Shown: positions 8,502 to 17,731, counted from the whole stretch's first letter. The stretch is 63,213 nt of DNA, filler included, from an uncultured archaeon (GCA_903842985.1; 7 parts of 7 records of this genome joined end to end with filler, not necessarily neighbours in it); one strand, 5' to 3'. Numbers and translations: made by a program. The notes: generated by a model from the letters alone, not told the origin.

Positions 8502-9986
8502 TTACTTCAGCGGAATCAGCCCAAGCCCCTTTAGATTTTTCATTATTGAGTCGTCAGGCATCTCCTGCGACACTGTTGCAAGCATTGCAAGATTTTTCCT
8601 CAAGCCGATGTTTGTTCCTTCAGGAGTTTCAATCGCGCACAGCCTTCCGAGATGTGTCGGATGAAGCGCCCTTGCCTCGAAATTCTCCTGGCTTGATGAT
8701 AATGGTGAAACAACTCTCTGCAAATGTGAAATCATGTCAAGGAAATTATTCCTCTGGATTCTCTGTGAGATTCCCTCCCTTCCGCCTATCCATGAGCCGG
8801 TTGCCATGGACGAGTAAATCCTCTGGGTCAGGAGCTTGTCCCTTATGATTACTTTTATTGAAGGGAACTTGCCTCTCTTGACAATTCTCTGGAAATTGTA
8901 AAGCAGGTCGCCGATAAGGACTTTTAAGTTCGCCCTCATCAGGTCAGCGAGCAGGTCGCCTGAAAGCTTGAGCCTCTTGTTCATGTAATTATCCTTGTCA
9001 TCTTCAGGAAGGACTCCGTTTGAAACGTCAATGAACTTCTTGAGCATCTTGCACAGATTGTATGCCTTGAACTGCCTTTCATTTATCTGCGTCCCGAGGT
9101 TCGGAAGCAGGAAGCGGTCTATGATTTCCTTCATCCTTTCAACCCTCACGTCCTTTGCCTGCGTTATCCCTATCTTCTTTGCAATGTAATCCATCGCATC
9201 CTCTTCTGTCTTCACGTCGGAAAACTCAGAGAGGTTGATTATTGCCTCGTCATACTGCTTGTCTGAGGAGATTGACCTCATTATCTCCTCATCCTTTGTC
9301 ATGCCGAGCGCCTTTATGATTATGATTAGCGGCACCCTCTTGACCCTTGTGAATGTCAGGTAGAAAATCCCGTCCTTCAGCCTCTCGAATGTGTGCGGTA
9401 TTTTGTACGCCTCCTTCTCGCAGAAAACCTTGCCTATGTACTCTGAAAGGCCTGTTGAAGTCTTTTCGACAAGGAACTTGTTCGGCGCCAAATCCTCTAC
9501 GCTGATAAGGACTTTCTCTGTACCGTTGATTATGAAATAGCCGCCTGGGTCGTCAGGATCCTCCTTCTGCTGGATTAGCTCTTCCCTTGAAATCTTGTAG
9601 AGGTTGCAGTATTTTGATTTCAGCATCACAGGTATGCTTCCTATCTGTGTTGTGAATGTCTCCCTCTGGATGCCGTTGATGTGCGAGGAAACCTCAATGA
9701 AGCACGGCGCGGCGTATGTCAGCTTCCTCAGCCTGGCCTCCATCGGATAGATTTTTCTCTTAGAGCCGTCCGCCTCTGTTATTTCAGGCTTCTGCACCCA
9801 GATCTTGTCAAGCTTTATCTTGAATTCATCGACGTTGTGCGGGATTATTGTAGGCTCTATGTCCTTGTTTTCAGCTATGATCTTGCTCAGCTCAACCTCG
9901 ATGAAGTTGTTAAATGATTCAATGTCTGCGTCAACCAGGCTTCTCTCTTCGAAGAACTTTTTAATCAGAATGCGCATCTTATCCAT
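8502..9986 (-). CDS. rpoB2: DNA-directed RNA polymerase subunit B''
   Basis: PMEARLRKLTY, GYFIINGTEKV, ETPEGTNIGL motifs. Confidence 0.98.
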   Translation of the reverse strand: MDKMRILIKKFFEERSLVDADIESFNNFIEVELSKIIAENKDIEPTIIPHNVDEFKIKLDKIWVQKPEITEADGSKRKIYPMEARLRKLTYAAPCFIEVSSHINGIQRETFTTQIGSIPVMLKSKYCNLYKISREELIQQKEDPDDPGGYFIINGTEKVLISVEDLAPNKFLVEKTSTGLSEYIGKVFCEKEAYKIPHTFERLKDGIFYLTFTRVKRVPLIIIIKALGMTKDEEIMRSISSDKQYDEAIINLSEFSDVKTEEDAMDYIAKKIGITQAKDVRVERMKEIIDRFLLPNLGTQINERQFKAYNLCKMLKKFIDVSNGVLPEDDKDNYMNKRLKLSGDLLADLMRANLKVLIGDLLYNFQRIVKRGKFPSIKVIIRDKLLTQRIYSSMATGSWIGGREGISQRIQRNNFLDMISHLQRVVSPLSSSQENFEARALHPTHLGRLCAIETPEGTNIGLRKNLAMLATVSQEMPDDSIMKNLKGLGLIPLK

Positions 9987-10215
9987 GCGTCACACTCCGG
10001 TAATACATTGACTCTCCCGCTGTCAGGCTTTTTCTTGCTATTTTGACGACATCTCCTTCCTTAGCATCAAGATGTGCAATTGCAGGATCAATGTCTAGAA
10101 TCTTTGGAAGCTCCTTTATTGTCAAATCATATTTCTTGAAAAGTTCCTGCTTCTCCTTTTCAGAAAGCTTGGTGTGCTTTGGGATTATGGTGTGTTTCTG
10201 TTCTTTTTCAGCCAT
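9979..10215 (-). CDS. rpoH: DNA-directed RNA polymerase subunit H (Rpo5)
   Basis: HTIIPKH, LPKI..DP and RKSLTAG..YYR motifs; start trimmed to MAEK. Confidence 0.95.
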   Translation of the reverse strand: MAEKEQKHTIIPKHTKLSEKEKQELFKKYDLTIKELPKILDIDPAIAHLDAKEGDVVKIARKSLTAGESMYYRSVTHG

Positions 10216-10233
10216 GTTTACCCTCGATTGGAA

Positions 10234-10323
10234 CGGGCCGGACGGGATTTTCAAGATTTGTTTTTGAACCCGCGACCACCTCATTAAAAGTGAGGTGCGC
10301 TAGCCAGACTGCGCTACCGGCCC
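10234..10323 (-). tRNA. tRNA-Lys(TTT) with 15-nt non-canonical intron at 59/60 (10248-10262)
   Basis: Acceptor GGGCCGG/CCGGCCC; anticodon arm CCTCA-CTTTTAA-TGAGG; T-loop forms BHB TTCA-AAA...TGAA-AAT. Confidence 0.9.
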
Positions 10324-10395
10324 AGTTTCAAAAACAGGGGAAGAGCCCTGGTGAGGGAAACCCCCGTTTTTGAGCGTAATTTTTATAAAAAAATA

Positions 10396-10526
10396 CGCCC
10401 TGGCCGGGATTTTCAGAGTGATATTGAAAATATCCTTTTTGAACCCGGGTCGAAGCCGATCTGTAGTTCTTTTCAAATTTTTGAACTTCGACAGGGCTTC
10501 ATGATAGGCCACTACACCACCAGGGC
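10396..10526 (-). tRNA. tRNA-Asp(GTC) with two introns: 37/38 (10459-10488, 30 nt) and 59/60 (10410-10437, 28 nt)
   Basis: Acceptor GCCCTGG/CCAGGGC; BHB CTGT-CGA...ACAG-ATC restores loop CTGTCGC; BHB TTCA-AAA...TGAA-AAT restores TTCAAAT. Confidence 0.9.
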
Positions 10527-10711
10527 TTATTTTTGGTTAATACATGCGAAATCTGTCTCCTTTTGCATAGATAAGGCTATTTTAAGACTTATTTAGCTAA
10601 GAAGGTAAGATTTTGCATACTTTTACTATAAAATTTTGTATTTATAAATATTTCGTTTTTAAATATAAAGAACAAAATAAAAAAGAACTAAAATCTTGTA
10701 TGGTCAGTTAC

Positions 10712-10879
10712 TTAGAACTTCTTTCTTTTTGAGTAACATTCCCTGCAGTAGACTGGTTTTCCTTCTGTTGGCTTGAAAGGAACTTCGCATTCCTGCCCAC
10801 ATTCAGAGCACGTAGCCTTGTGCATTTCTCGCGGTCCGAAAGAATCTCTTCTGAATCCGCCTTTTCTGTCTTCTCTCAT
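10712..10879 (-). CDS. CxxC-x17-CxxC domain protein (55 aa, absent from the ORF track)
   Basis: Translated by hand: MREDRKGGFRRDSFGPREMHKATCSECGQECEVPFKPTEGKPVYCRECYSKRKKF; GGAGG upstream. Confidence 0.9.
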   Translation of the reverse strand: MREDRKGGFRRDSFGPREMHKATCSECGQECEVPFKPTEGKPVYCRECYSKRKKF

Positions 10880-10972
10880 TTTTCGTTTCCTCCTAATACA
10901 TAAAAAAAGCCTTTAAGGCCTGGTTTATGTCTATTTTCACAGAGTTAATTGCACTCATTTATAAAGTTTATG

Positions 10973-11350
10973 CTAAGACTTCCACAGCCCATGTATATTG
11001 CAGTATGCCCTGGCTGCGATCTTTTTTGCCTCTATGCAGAATTCCGCCTCTGGCCTGTCTCCTAGCTTTAGGTGCTTCCTGTATATTCTTCCGTCTGCCA
11101 TTAGTTCTATGAAGTCTATATAGTGTTTCAGCTCCATTGGATGCGGGATAGAGCCGACTTTTACCCTGATTCCTGTGCTTGTTTTTTCAATTACAGGCAC
11201 GTGCTTCTCCTTAAGCTCATCTGCAATTGTCTTTTCTGCCAAAAGCTCCATTGGCTTGTCGCAGCAGACCAACTGCCCCATTCCCGGGTCAAGAACTTCA
11301 ACTATGTTCCCGCAGACATTGCACTTGTAAATTTGGTTTAGTTCAGTCAT
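10973..11350 (-). CDS. dfx: Desulfoferrodoxin / superoxide reductase
   Basis: YKCNVCGN...CC desulforedoxin site; EKHVP, HPM...H, CNIHG. Confidence 0.95.
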   Translation of the reverse strand: MTELNQIYKCNVCGNIVEVLDPGMGQLVCCDKPMELLAEKTIADELKEKHVPVIEKTSTGIRVKVGSIPHPMELKHYIDFIELMADGRIYRKHLKLGDRPEAEFCIEAKKIAARAYCNIHGLWKS

Positions 11351-11365
11351 TCTTCTGCTAAGAAT

Positions 11366-12052
11366 TCAGGATTTTATATATTTTGTTGTTTTTAACTGCT
11401 CGCTCTTGGCATTTGCAAGGACATAGTTCAGCGCAGAAGTGTAGGCAAAAAGCCTTTTTGCTGTCTCAATCGCTCTTTCCTTGTCCTTAACGCGGATGCT
11501 TTTGGTTAATTCGTCGTATTCATTCCAGTAATCTCCGAAATCCTGGAAAACATCCTTTGCCAGATTTGTTTCAGAGAAATTGCCTGCGTCAATTATCTCT
11601 TTTAAATCATTTCTTGCCTTAAGCCCGATTTCATGCGCCTTGTTTTTTGCCTGCCCCGCAAAGACCTCTGCTTCTTCGTAGTTGCCTGCATAGGCATTGT
11701 AGGCAGCCTGCGCAAGATGAATCATTGCATATTCCTCTGTGATTCTTTTCTGGCAGAATGTAATCATGCTTTTCATGAACTCTCTGTCGCTAAGATTCAT
11801 GAATTCATCGTAAATTTCAATTGCCGCTCTTCTTACTGCAATCCCTGAAATGCAGCAGCTGATGTCATGCGACGCGTTGTCTGCGTTTATCACAAGCTCA
11901 GTCGCTGTTTTAGGGTTTCTGCTTCCAAGATGGCTTTTTCTTGAATTGCATTCTTTTAGGATTTCCTCTTCGACATTTACAGTATTACTGCTCCCATAAT
12001 CAAGGACTATCTTTTTCTCAAGCCCCAGTTTTTCTGAGTAGTCTTTTAGCAT
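11366..12052 (-). CDS. Hypothetical protein
   Basis: 228-aa ORF with upstream TATA-like sequence; no family recognised. Confidence 0.6.
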   Translation of the reverse strand: MLKDYSEKLGLEKKIVLDYGSSNTVNVEEEILKECNSRKSHLGSRNPKTATELVINADNASHDISCCISGIAVRRAAIEIYDEFMNLSDREFMKSMITFCQKRITEEYAMIHLAQAAYNAYAGNYEEAEVFAGQAKNKAHEIGLKARNDLKEIIDAGNFSETNLAKDVFQDFGDYWNEYDELTKSIRVKDKERAIETAKRLFAYTSALNYVLANAKSEQLKTTKYIKS

Positions 12053-12126
12053 GGAAAATCATATGCGCTGGTCGTATAAATAATTAATGCAAAGATTTTT
12101 ATACCCTTTTAGGGCATTTGTTTTTT

Positions 12127-12615
12127 ATGGACTTTTTCGCGCATCTGCTCTGGAATTACATCTTCTTCAATAAATACAAGAAGCTGAAGCTTTCCCTCGC
12201 ATTTGCAGCAATGCCCGACCTTTTCTCATTTGGAATTTTGCTGGTTGTTGGTCTTTTCACAGGGTTCAGATGGGCTCATCCTGCTGACCAAACAGTGATT
12301 CCGAGCTGGGTTCCTGTATTTTATTCGCTCACGCATTCGCTTGTCATAATCGCTGCTGTTTTCCTGGTTGTTTACCTAATATTCAGGACAATCCCAGTTT
12401 ATTTGCTTGCCTGGCCAATCCACGTTGTAATTGACATCTTCACGCATTCGCTGAAGTTCTACCCGACGCCGTTTCTGTGGCCGATTTCAAACTTTCATTT
12501 CCCAGGCATCAGCTGGGGCACGCTCTGGTTCATGATTGTGAATTATGTTTTGATTGTTTCCTGCATTGTTTATATCAATAGGAAGAAGATAAAGAAATTG
12601 TTTAAAAAAATCTAG
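12127..12615 (+). CDS. Membrane-bound metal-dependent hydrolase-like protein
   Basis: AH...PD...THS...H..ID.FTH pattern with TM segments. Confidence 0.7.
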   Translation: MDFFAHLLWNYIFFNKYKKLKLSLAFAAMPDLFSFGILLVVGLFTGFRWAHPADQTVIPSWVPVFYSLTHSLVIIAAVFLVVYLIFRTIPVYLLAWPIHVVIDIFTHSLKFYPTPFLWPISNFHFPGISWGTLWFMIVNYVLIVSCIVYINRKKIKKLFKKI

Positions 12616-13197
12616 CTAGTATGTCACAGATGGGCATTGAATTTCTTGTGTTTTCTTGTCCTTCTCCTTGTAATCTATGCTCATTATCGCGGTAACAGCC
12701 ATTTTAAGATTCGGGGCAACATTCACCTGCTCGCCGTAACCATGCGCCACATAGGACCATTGCGAAGTTTCCGGTGAAGAAGCTGTTCTTGTGCAGGTGC
12801 GCATAAGATTGTCAATTTCCCATCCGCCGCAGGAGAACTGGTCAGGCGCAGTTGTTCCAACTGTTGGGTTTGTTGAGATGAAAAACTGGGCTCCTTCTGA
12901 GCCTGTCATTGTGCCGGATGATTTTATCTCGTAAGCCCTGGCGTACTTCGCCCCCATATTTCGGAGAACACCTCTTACATCTCCCTTGTACTCTTCAGTT
13001 ATAATGCAGGAGTAATTTGCGAACTGGACAGAAGCTGTTTTCTCAACTGGCTGAGGCTCAGGGGCATTGTCTTCAGGTGTCAGATCTTCTGTGCTTGTGT
13101 TCTGCTCATTATTAGCCTGCTCCTTGCAGCCTGCCAAGAGCAAACTAAATGCCACAGACAATAGAACCAAAGCAATTGTTATTTGTCTCTTTTTCAC
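12616..13197 (-). CDS. Putative lipoprotein
   Basis: Signal peptide ending in lipobox LLAG-C. Confidence 0.7.
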   Translation of the reverse strand: MKKRQITIALVLLSVAFSLLLAGCKEQANNEQNTSTEDLTPEDNAPEPQPVEKTASVQFANYSCIITEEYKGDVRGVLRNMGAKYARAYEIKSSGTMTGSEGAQFFISTNPTVGTTAPDQFSCGGWEIDNLMRTCTRTASSPETSQWSYVAHGYGEQVNVAPNLKMAVTAIMSIDYKEKDKKTQEIQCPSVTY

Positions 13198-13445
13198 AGC
13201 AATGATGAAATTTAAAGAATATATAAAAGTTTCTGTTTTTAAAAAGAGTCGCCGCTGAAGCGACGGAACCTTTGGTTCGAATTACCCACTTTTTGCCATT
13301 GCCAACTTATTAATATTTATTGCTTCAATCTGATTTTCCATATCACTTATTGAATGTATAACGCTTGCGATAGCACATATTAATGCTATAGACCCGGCAC
13401 AAATAATCAAATCAGACGAAGAAGGAGTAACACCTCGAGTAATGG

Positions 13446-13545
13446 NNNNNNNNNNNNNNNNNNNNNNNNNNNNNNNNNNNNNNNNNNNNTTAATTAATTA
13501 ANNNNNNNNNNNNNNNNNNNNNNNNNNNNNNNNNNNNNNNNNNNN
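13446..13545. other. Artificial contig linker
   Basis: N run + TTAATTAATTAA + N run, 100 bp. Confidence 0.98.
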
Positions 13546-13628
13546 AAAATTGTCAAGCAAATTTATATTCCTAAAACAACAAGCTTCCAAGAGGTTTATG
13601 CTTCGTTGGAGGTAGGCACCGCACTAGC

Positions 13629-15137
13629 ATGAGAAAAACAATATTAATAGCACTGACATTTGCAGCTCTGATGTTTATTATAGCTTTTGCAGCGGACAAT
13701 TCAAGCAAAAGAGGCATTTATTCAGTTACCCCTTCATTCAAAGCAGAGGTTGACTACGACCTGAATGAGTATAAAGCAATTTCAGATAATATAAGTAAAA
13801 TAATATGGACCTGCACTAACAAAAAGACAGACTGCCTGACAGAATCGGTAAAAGGTATAGCTGCCTTTGACTTTTACTTTAAAAACCGGGGAAACATAAT
13901 AACTTTAAAGGACGCAAAATCATGGAATATATACTGCGAGGCGCACGACGAGGATTTCTTTTATGATTTTGTGGAGTTCTATAGCGACTGCATAAATTCC
14001 CTGGGTAATGTCTGCAAATGTGAAATGAATTTAAGCAGATACGGCTCCATTACGGAAATCAATTCAATAAAGTCACCGGATGTGTCGGATGTGATAACAA
14101 TGATTCTTCCTTCAAAGGAGATTGAGGAGGACATTTATCTTAACGGCTTCCAGGCAGATGCGCTAAAAATATCTCCGAAGGGAAAGAAACTCGTGCTTGT
14201 GAAAAATAGCACAAATAAAAAGCTGTATTTTGATGAGAAAACAGCTGTTGCAGAAAACTGCAAGGTAAGCAATAAGATCTTCAAGGCATGTGTTGTCAGC
14301 AAAAAGACATTTCTTGCGCAGAATCAACTGACAAAATCAATAGGCGAGCAGAACATAGTCACAAGATTCGCCTTTAGGATGCTTGACTTGCCTCCTCCGC
14401 CATTGAAGAATGTTCAGGCGTTTGACAAAAAGAAGGCAAGCAATAAGATGGTGATTCGATGGAATGAAAGCGAGGCAATAGACATTTCAAAGTACGCAAT
14501 CTATTATTCAACAACAGACTTCAATGACGTGAGCCTGCCAGACTGCGTGTCAAGCGGCATTTGCAAAAAAGTTGAGCTTGATGCAGATTCAACAGTTGTG
14601 AACTCAATTGACCTGGAAGCTGAACCGATTTTTGACAAGGCCTTGGGGGTTTATGTCTATGGCTATGAAGAAAACAAGCTCTATCATCTGAAATCAGACA
14701 CTAAGAATTATTATTTCTATAGCATTGAGGTTCCTGAGAATAAAAATTATTTCATCGCTGTGACTGGAATTGATGTGGCTGGAAATGAGCTGGATAATTT
14801 AAAGCAGGGCAGGCTTACATACAACCAAAATTATGTCGAAGCTGAGTCAGTTGATGATATCCCTACTGGAAAAGTAAGCGACATAACAATAGACAGCACT
14901 AACCAGCTTAGCTGGACAGAGCCGAAAGAGAACATTGACGGCACCATTCTCGACATAAACTCAAGGATTGACTACCAGATCTATGAGTTTGCTGATTCAG
15001 AGTTTTTTAAGATAGGAGACCTATTAGGGGAGCCGCCATACCCTGTCGACCCTGCAAAGACATATAAGGTTTTGGCTATCAAGAGAAGCGCGCCTGTTGA
15101 AGAGCCGTCACTAGAATGGGACTATTTGATGAAATAG
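13629..15137 (+). CDS. Secreted protein with probable fibronectin-III-like C-terminal modules
   Basis: Signal peptide; PPPP..W...Y.IYYS and Y.IAVTGID.AGNE patterns. Confidence 0.6.
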   Translation: MRKTILIALTFAALMFIIAFAADNSSKRGIYSVTPSFKAEVDYDLNEYKAISDNISKIIWTCTNKKTDCLTESVKGIAAFDFYFKNRGNIITLKDAKSWNIYCEAHDEDFFYDFVEFYSDCINSLGNVCKCEMNLSRYGSITEINSIKSPDVSDVITMILPSKEIEEDIYLNGFQADALKISPKGKKLVLVKNSTNKKLYFDEKTAVAENCKVSNKIFKACVVSKKTFLAQNQLTKSIGEQNIVTRFAFRMLDLPPPPLKNVQAFDKKKASNKMVIRWNESEAIDISKYAIYYSTTDFNDVSLPDCVSSGICKKVELDADSTVVNSIDLEAEPIFDKALGVYVYGYEENKLYHLKSDTKNYYFYSIEVPENKNYFIAVTGIDVAGNELDNLKQGRLTYNQNYVEAESVDDIPTGKVSDITIDSTNQLSWTEPKENIDGTILDINSRIDYQIYEFADSEFFKIGDLLGEPPYPVDPAKTYKVLAIKRSAPVEEPSLEWDYLMK

Positions 15138-15200
15138 CTTCTTCAGTATAATAATTTTAGTATAACAATCATTAAAAACAAGCTTAAAATTCTTTATTAT

Positions 15201-16199
15201 ATGATTAACATACCCTTCGAGCACATAATAAGCACAATAAGGGAAAAGACAGGGCTTTCTGAGGATGAGATAAATTCAAAGATAAAGGAAAAGCTGAAGC
15301 AGCTTTCTGACCTTATCTCAAAGGAAGGCGCTGCCCACATAATTGCAAATGAATTGGGAGTGAAGCTTGTTGATGTTTCAAGGAAGCTTAAGATTAATGA
15401 ATTAATGCCAGGCATGAGGAATGTTGAGATAATAGGAAAGGTGACAAAGGTAAATGAGCTTTATGAGTTTGAGACAGAGGAGAGGTCAGGAAAGGTTTCT
15501 TCTTTTGTGATGGGCGACGAGACAGCTGTTGTAAGAGTCACGCTATGGGGAAGCCAGGCAGACAAAATAACAGGCATCAAAGAAGGTGATGTGATAAAAG
15601 TCAAGGGCGCTTATGTAAAGGAAAACAACAGGCAGAACGAGCTTCATCTGAGCGACAGGGGAAACATGATTATAAATCCTGAGGGCGAGGCACTTGGGCA
15701 GATAAGGGAATCAAACATCACAAGAAGGCAGCTTGCTGATTTGAAGGAAAATGAGCAGAATGTCGAGGTGCTGGGCACGATTGTGCAGGTTTCTGACCCA
15801 AGATATTTTGAGGTCTGCCCCGAATGCAACAGAAGACTGAAGCTAAGGGACAACATGCTTATCTGCGAGACGCATGATGTTGTGAAGCCAAAGCTGTCCT
15901 ATGTTTTCAATGTTTCTTTTGATGACGGAACAGACAGCATGAGAACAGTATTTTACAAGAACCAGGCAGACAGGCTGCTTGAGAAAAGCGAAGCAGAGAT
16001 ATTGGAATTTAGGGAAAAGCCTGAACAGCTTGAAGCTGTCAAGAAAGAGCTTCTCGGGAAGATTGTGAAGATTGTCGGCAGGGTCAATTTAAACGCAATG
16101 TTTGGAAGGAAGGAACTGATTGCCCAGCAGGTGTTTACAAAAATAAATGTTGACGAAGAGATAAAAAGAGTCGAAGAGGCAATTGCCAAAGTACAATGA
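15201..16199 (+). CDS. Replication protein A-like OB-fold ssDNA-binding protein
   Basis: GDET...VTLWG and FDDGT OB folds; CPECNR...CETH Zn finger. Confidence 0.88.
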   Translation: MINIPFEHIISTIREKTGLSEDEINSKIKEKLKQLSDLISKEGAAHIIANELGVKLVDVSRKLKINELMPGMRNVEIIGKVTKVNELYEFETEERSGKVSSFVMGDETAVVRVTLWGSQADKITGIKEGDVIKVKGAYVKENNRQNELHLSDRGNMIINPEGEALGQIRESNITRRQLADLKENEQNVEVLGTIVQVSDPRYFEVCPECNRRLKLRDNMLICETHDVVKPKLSYVFNVSFDDGTDSMRTVFYKNQADRLLEKSEAEILEFREKPEQLEAVKKELLGKIVKIVGRVNLNAMFGRKELIAQQVFTKINVDEEIKRVEEAIAKVQ

Positions 16200-16645
16200 T
16201 GTTTAAGACGCATCTGGCATTTGGATTTCTTGCTGCCCTGTTTTCACTTCAGTACCTTAATCCCGGAAACCAGGTGCTTTTCTTCATTCTCGTGATGATT
16301 GGAGCGTGCCTGCCTGACATAGACCATCCAAAATCGAAGCTCGGCAAGTATTTCAAGCCAATTGGCTGGCTCTTCGAGCACAGGGGATTCTTCCACAGCA
16401 TCTTCATGCTTGTGATTCTGTCATTGGCTGTCCTGTATTTCTTCAACTGGTTCTACACATCAGCAATAGCAATCGGATTCCTGTCGCACTTGATATCCGA
16501 TGCAATAACAATCCAAGGCATAATGCCCTTTCATCCGCTTTCAAGATTCAGGCTGCGCGGTTTCATAGAAACAAATTCTATCTTTGAGACCATAATCTTC
16601 ATCGCGCTTGTTGTCTTCGATGTTCTGAAGCTGATTAGGCTATAG
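16196..16645 (+). CDS. YdjM-like membrane metal-dependent hydrolase
   Basis: KTH, LPDIDH, HRGFFHS, SHLISD motifs. Confidence 0.85.
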   Translation: MMFKTHLAFGFLAALFSLQYLNPGNQVLFFILVMIGACLPDIDHPKSKLGKYFKPIGWLFEHRGFFHSIFMLVILSLAVLYFFNWFYTSAIAIGFLSHLISDAITIQGIMPFHPLSRFRLRGFIETNSIFETIIFIALVVFDVLKLIRL

Positions 16646-16714
16646 ATATGAGTTTTGGGTCTTGAGATATGGGTTTTGAAGCTGATTCAGATGTAAATCT
16701 ATTTGGCTAAAAGA

Positions 16715-17053
16715 CTAATTTTTCTTATACAATGTACAACCTTGAGTTTGGCACTCAGGATAATGGCATTCGCCGCCTGTTCTTGAAGAATGTTCACAAT
16801 CCACGTCTTGAGACCCATTATAATATTTTATTATTTTAATTTTTATTGGAGTACTGGGGACAGGACAAAGCGCGTCTTCAATATTCTTGATTTCCGATTT
16901 CATTCTTCTTTCGCTACAAGCCAATTCTACGCAACTAGAAGGGGGGTAGCATGATTCTTTCCATAATCTAAATGCTCTTGCTCCCAAGGTATAATCATTC
17001 CTTGTCAAAACAGCAGTAAGTCTTACTGCTTCCCGAATAGTCACCACTTCCAT
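16715..17053 (-). CDS. Hypothetical Cys-containing protein
   Basis: ORF only; start uncertain (17053 or 17104). Confidence 0.45.
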   Translation of the reverse strand: MEVVTIREAVRLTAVLTRNDYTLGARAFRLWKESCYPPSSCVELACSERRMKSEIKNIEDALCPVPSTPIKIKIIKYYNGSQDVDCEHSSRTGGECHYPECQTQGCTLYKKN

Positions 17054-17106
17054 ATGTTTGGCTAAATGCCCTAAATTAATAAATTTTTCTGTAAACAACC
17101 ACATTC

Positions 17107-17223
17107 TAGAACACGCGCGGTCACGCGCTTAACTATTATGACACTTGTCAAATAGTTTTTTCCCGCCCTAACGCCTTTTTTTCTAAAAAAGGGGTTTGTG
17201 TTGTAGCGATCGCTACAACGCGC
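17107..17223 (+). repeat. 117-bp multi-palindrome element, copy B1
   Basis: 112/117 identical to 33407-33523 by manual alignment; contains GTTGTAGCGATCGCTACAAC; TATA-like TTAAATA follows. Confidence 0.92.
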
Positions 17224-17258
17224 GCTTAAATACTTTAAATTTCTAATTAACAGCAAGC

Positions 17259-17408
17259 CGCGTAACCAGCCACAGTTGGTGCAGAAACCGCCCGTCAAGG
17301 GCGGTTCATGCCCACTATCCACTGGACAACCCCCAGCGTGAGCTATATAAGCCAATTGGGCTTAATGTACCACGCTTCCACCAACTCTGTTGGCTGAAAT
17401 AAAACGCG
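17259..17408 (+). ncRNA. Candidate structured RNA or 5' leader
   Basis: Nested stems CGCGT/ACGCG, CAGCCA/TGGCTG, AGTTGGTG/CACCAACT, AACCGCCC/GGGCGGTT, AGCGTG/CACGCT, AAGCC/GGCTT. Confidence 0.65.
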
Positions 17409-17425
17409 AAAGCAAGGAGGCTAAA

Positions 17426-17731
17426 ATGAAGCAAACAAACCAAAACGAAATACAAACAATTGAATCAGGCAAGAACATGCCTGAAAAGAAGTTCAGGGCA
17501 GGACCAATAACAGCAACTGTCTGGAAAAACCAGGCGCATTTGGCTAATGGAGAGGAACGGGAATTCAGGACTGTTTCTTTTGACAGAAGCTACAAGGACA
17601 AGACAGGCAGCTGGAAGAATACAAATTCTTTGAGAGTCAATGACCTGCCAAAGGCCCAGATGGTTCTTGGAAAGGCATACGAGTATCTTGCCCTTGTTGA
17701 GCAGGATAACAGCGAGGAGGTTATTGTTTAA
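17426..17731 (+). CDS. Conserved hypothetical protein, possibly ssDNA-binding
   Basis: PEKKFRAGPITATVWKN...SFDRSYKDK.G.WK pattern; SD GGAGG; directly upstream of radA. Confidence 0.7.
   Translation: MKQTNQNEIQTIESGKNMPEKKFRAGPITATVWKNQAHLANGEEREFRTVSFDRSYKDKTGSWKNTNSLRVNDLPKAQMVLGKAYEYLALVEQDNSEEVIV

Noticed and set aside
10328..10373. Hairpin as an archaeal SECIS element
   Set aside because: The GAA-containing face is antisense to the transcribed strand, and no in-frame TGA selenoprotein is nearby.
13446..13545. TTAATTAATTAA palindrome recurring six times inside N runs
   Set aside because: Artificial all-frame-stop contig linker; adjacency across it is meaningless.
16644..16678. Short tandem AGATATG(A/G)GTTTTG duplication
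   Set aside because: Two short copies only, with no further structure.
17071..17355. ORFs 17071-17355 and 33452-33673 sharing a peptide (ARCSDRYNTNPFFRKKG)
   Set aside because: The similarity comes from the non-coding 117-bp repeat; flanks are unrelated and there are no translation signals.
17259..17408. Structured region as RNase P RNA, SRP RNA, hammerhead or cobalamin riboswitch
   Set aside because: Diagnostic motifs (GAGGAAAGUCC, SRP helix 8, CUGAUGA, B12 box) were not found on either strand.
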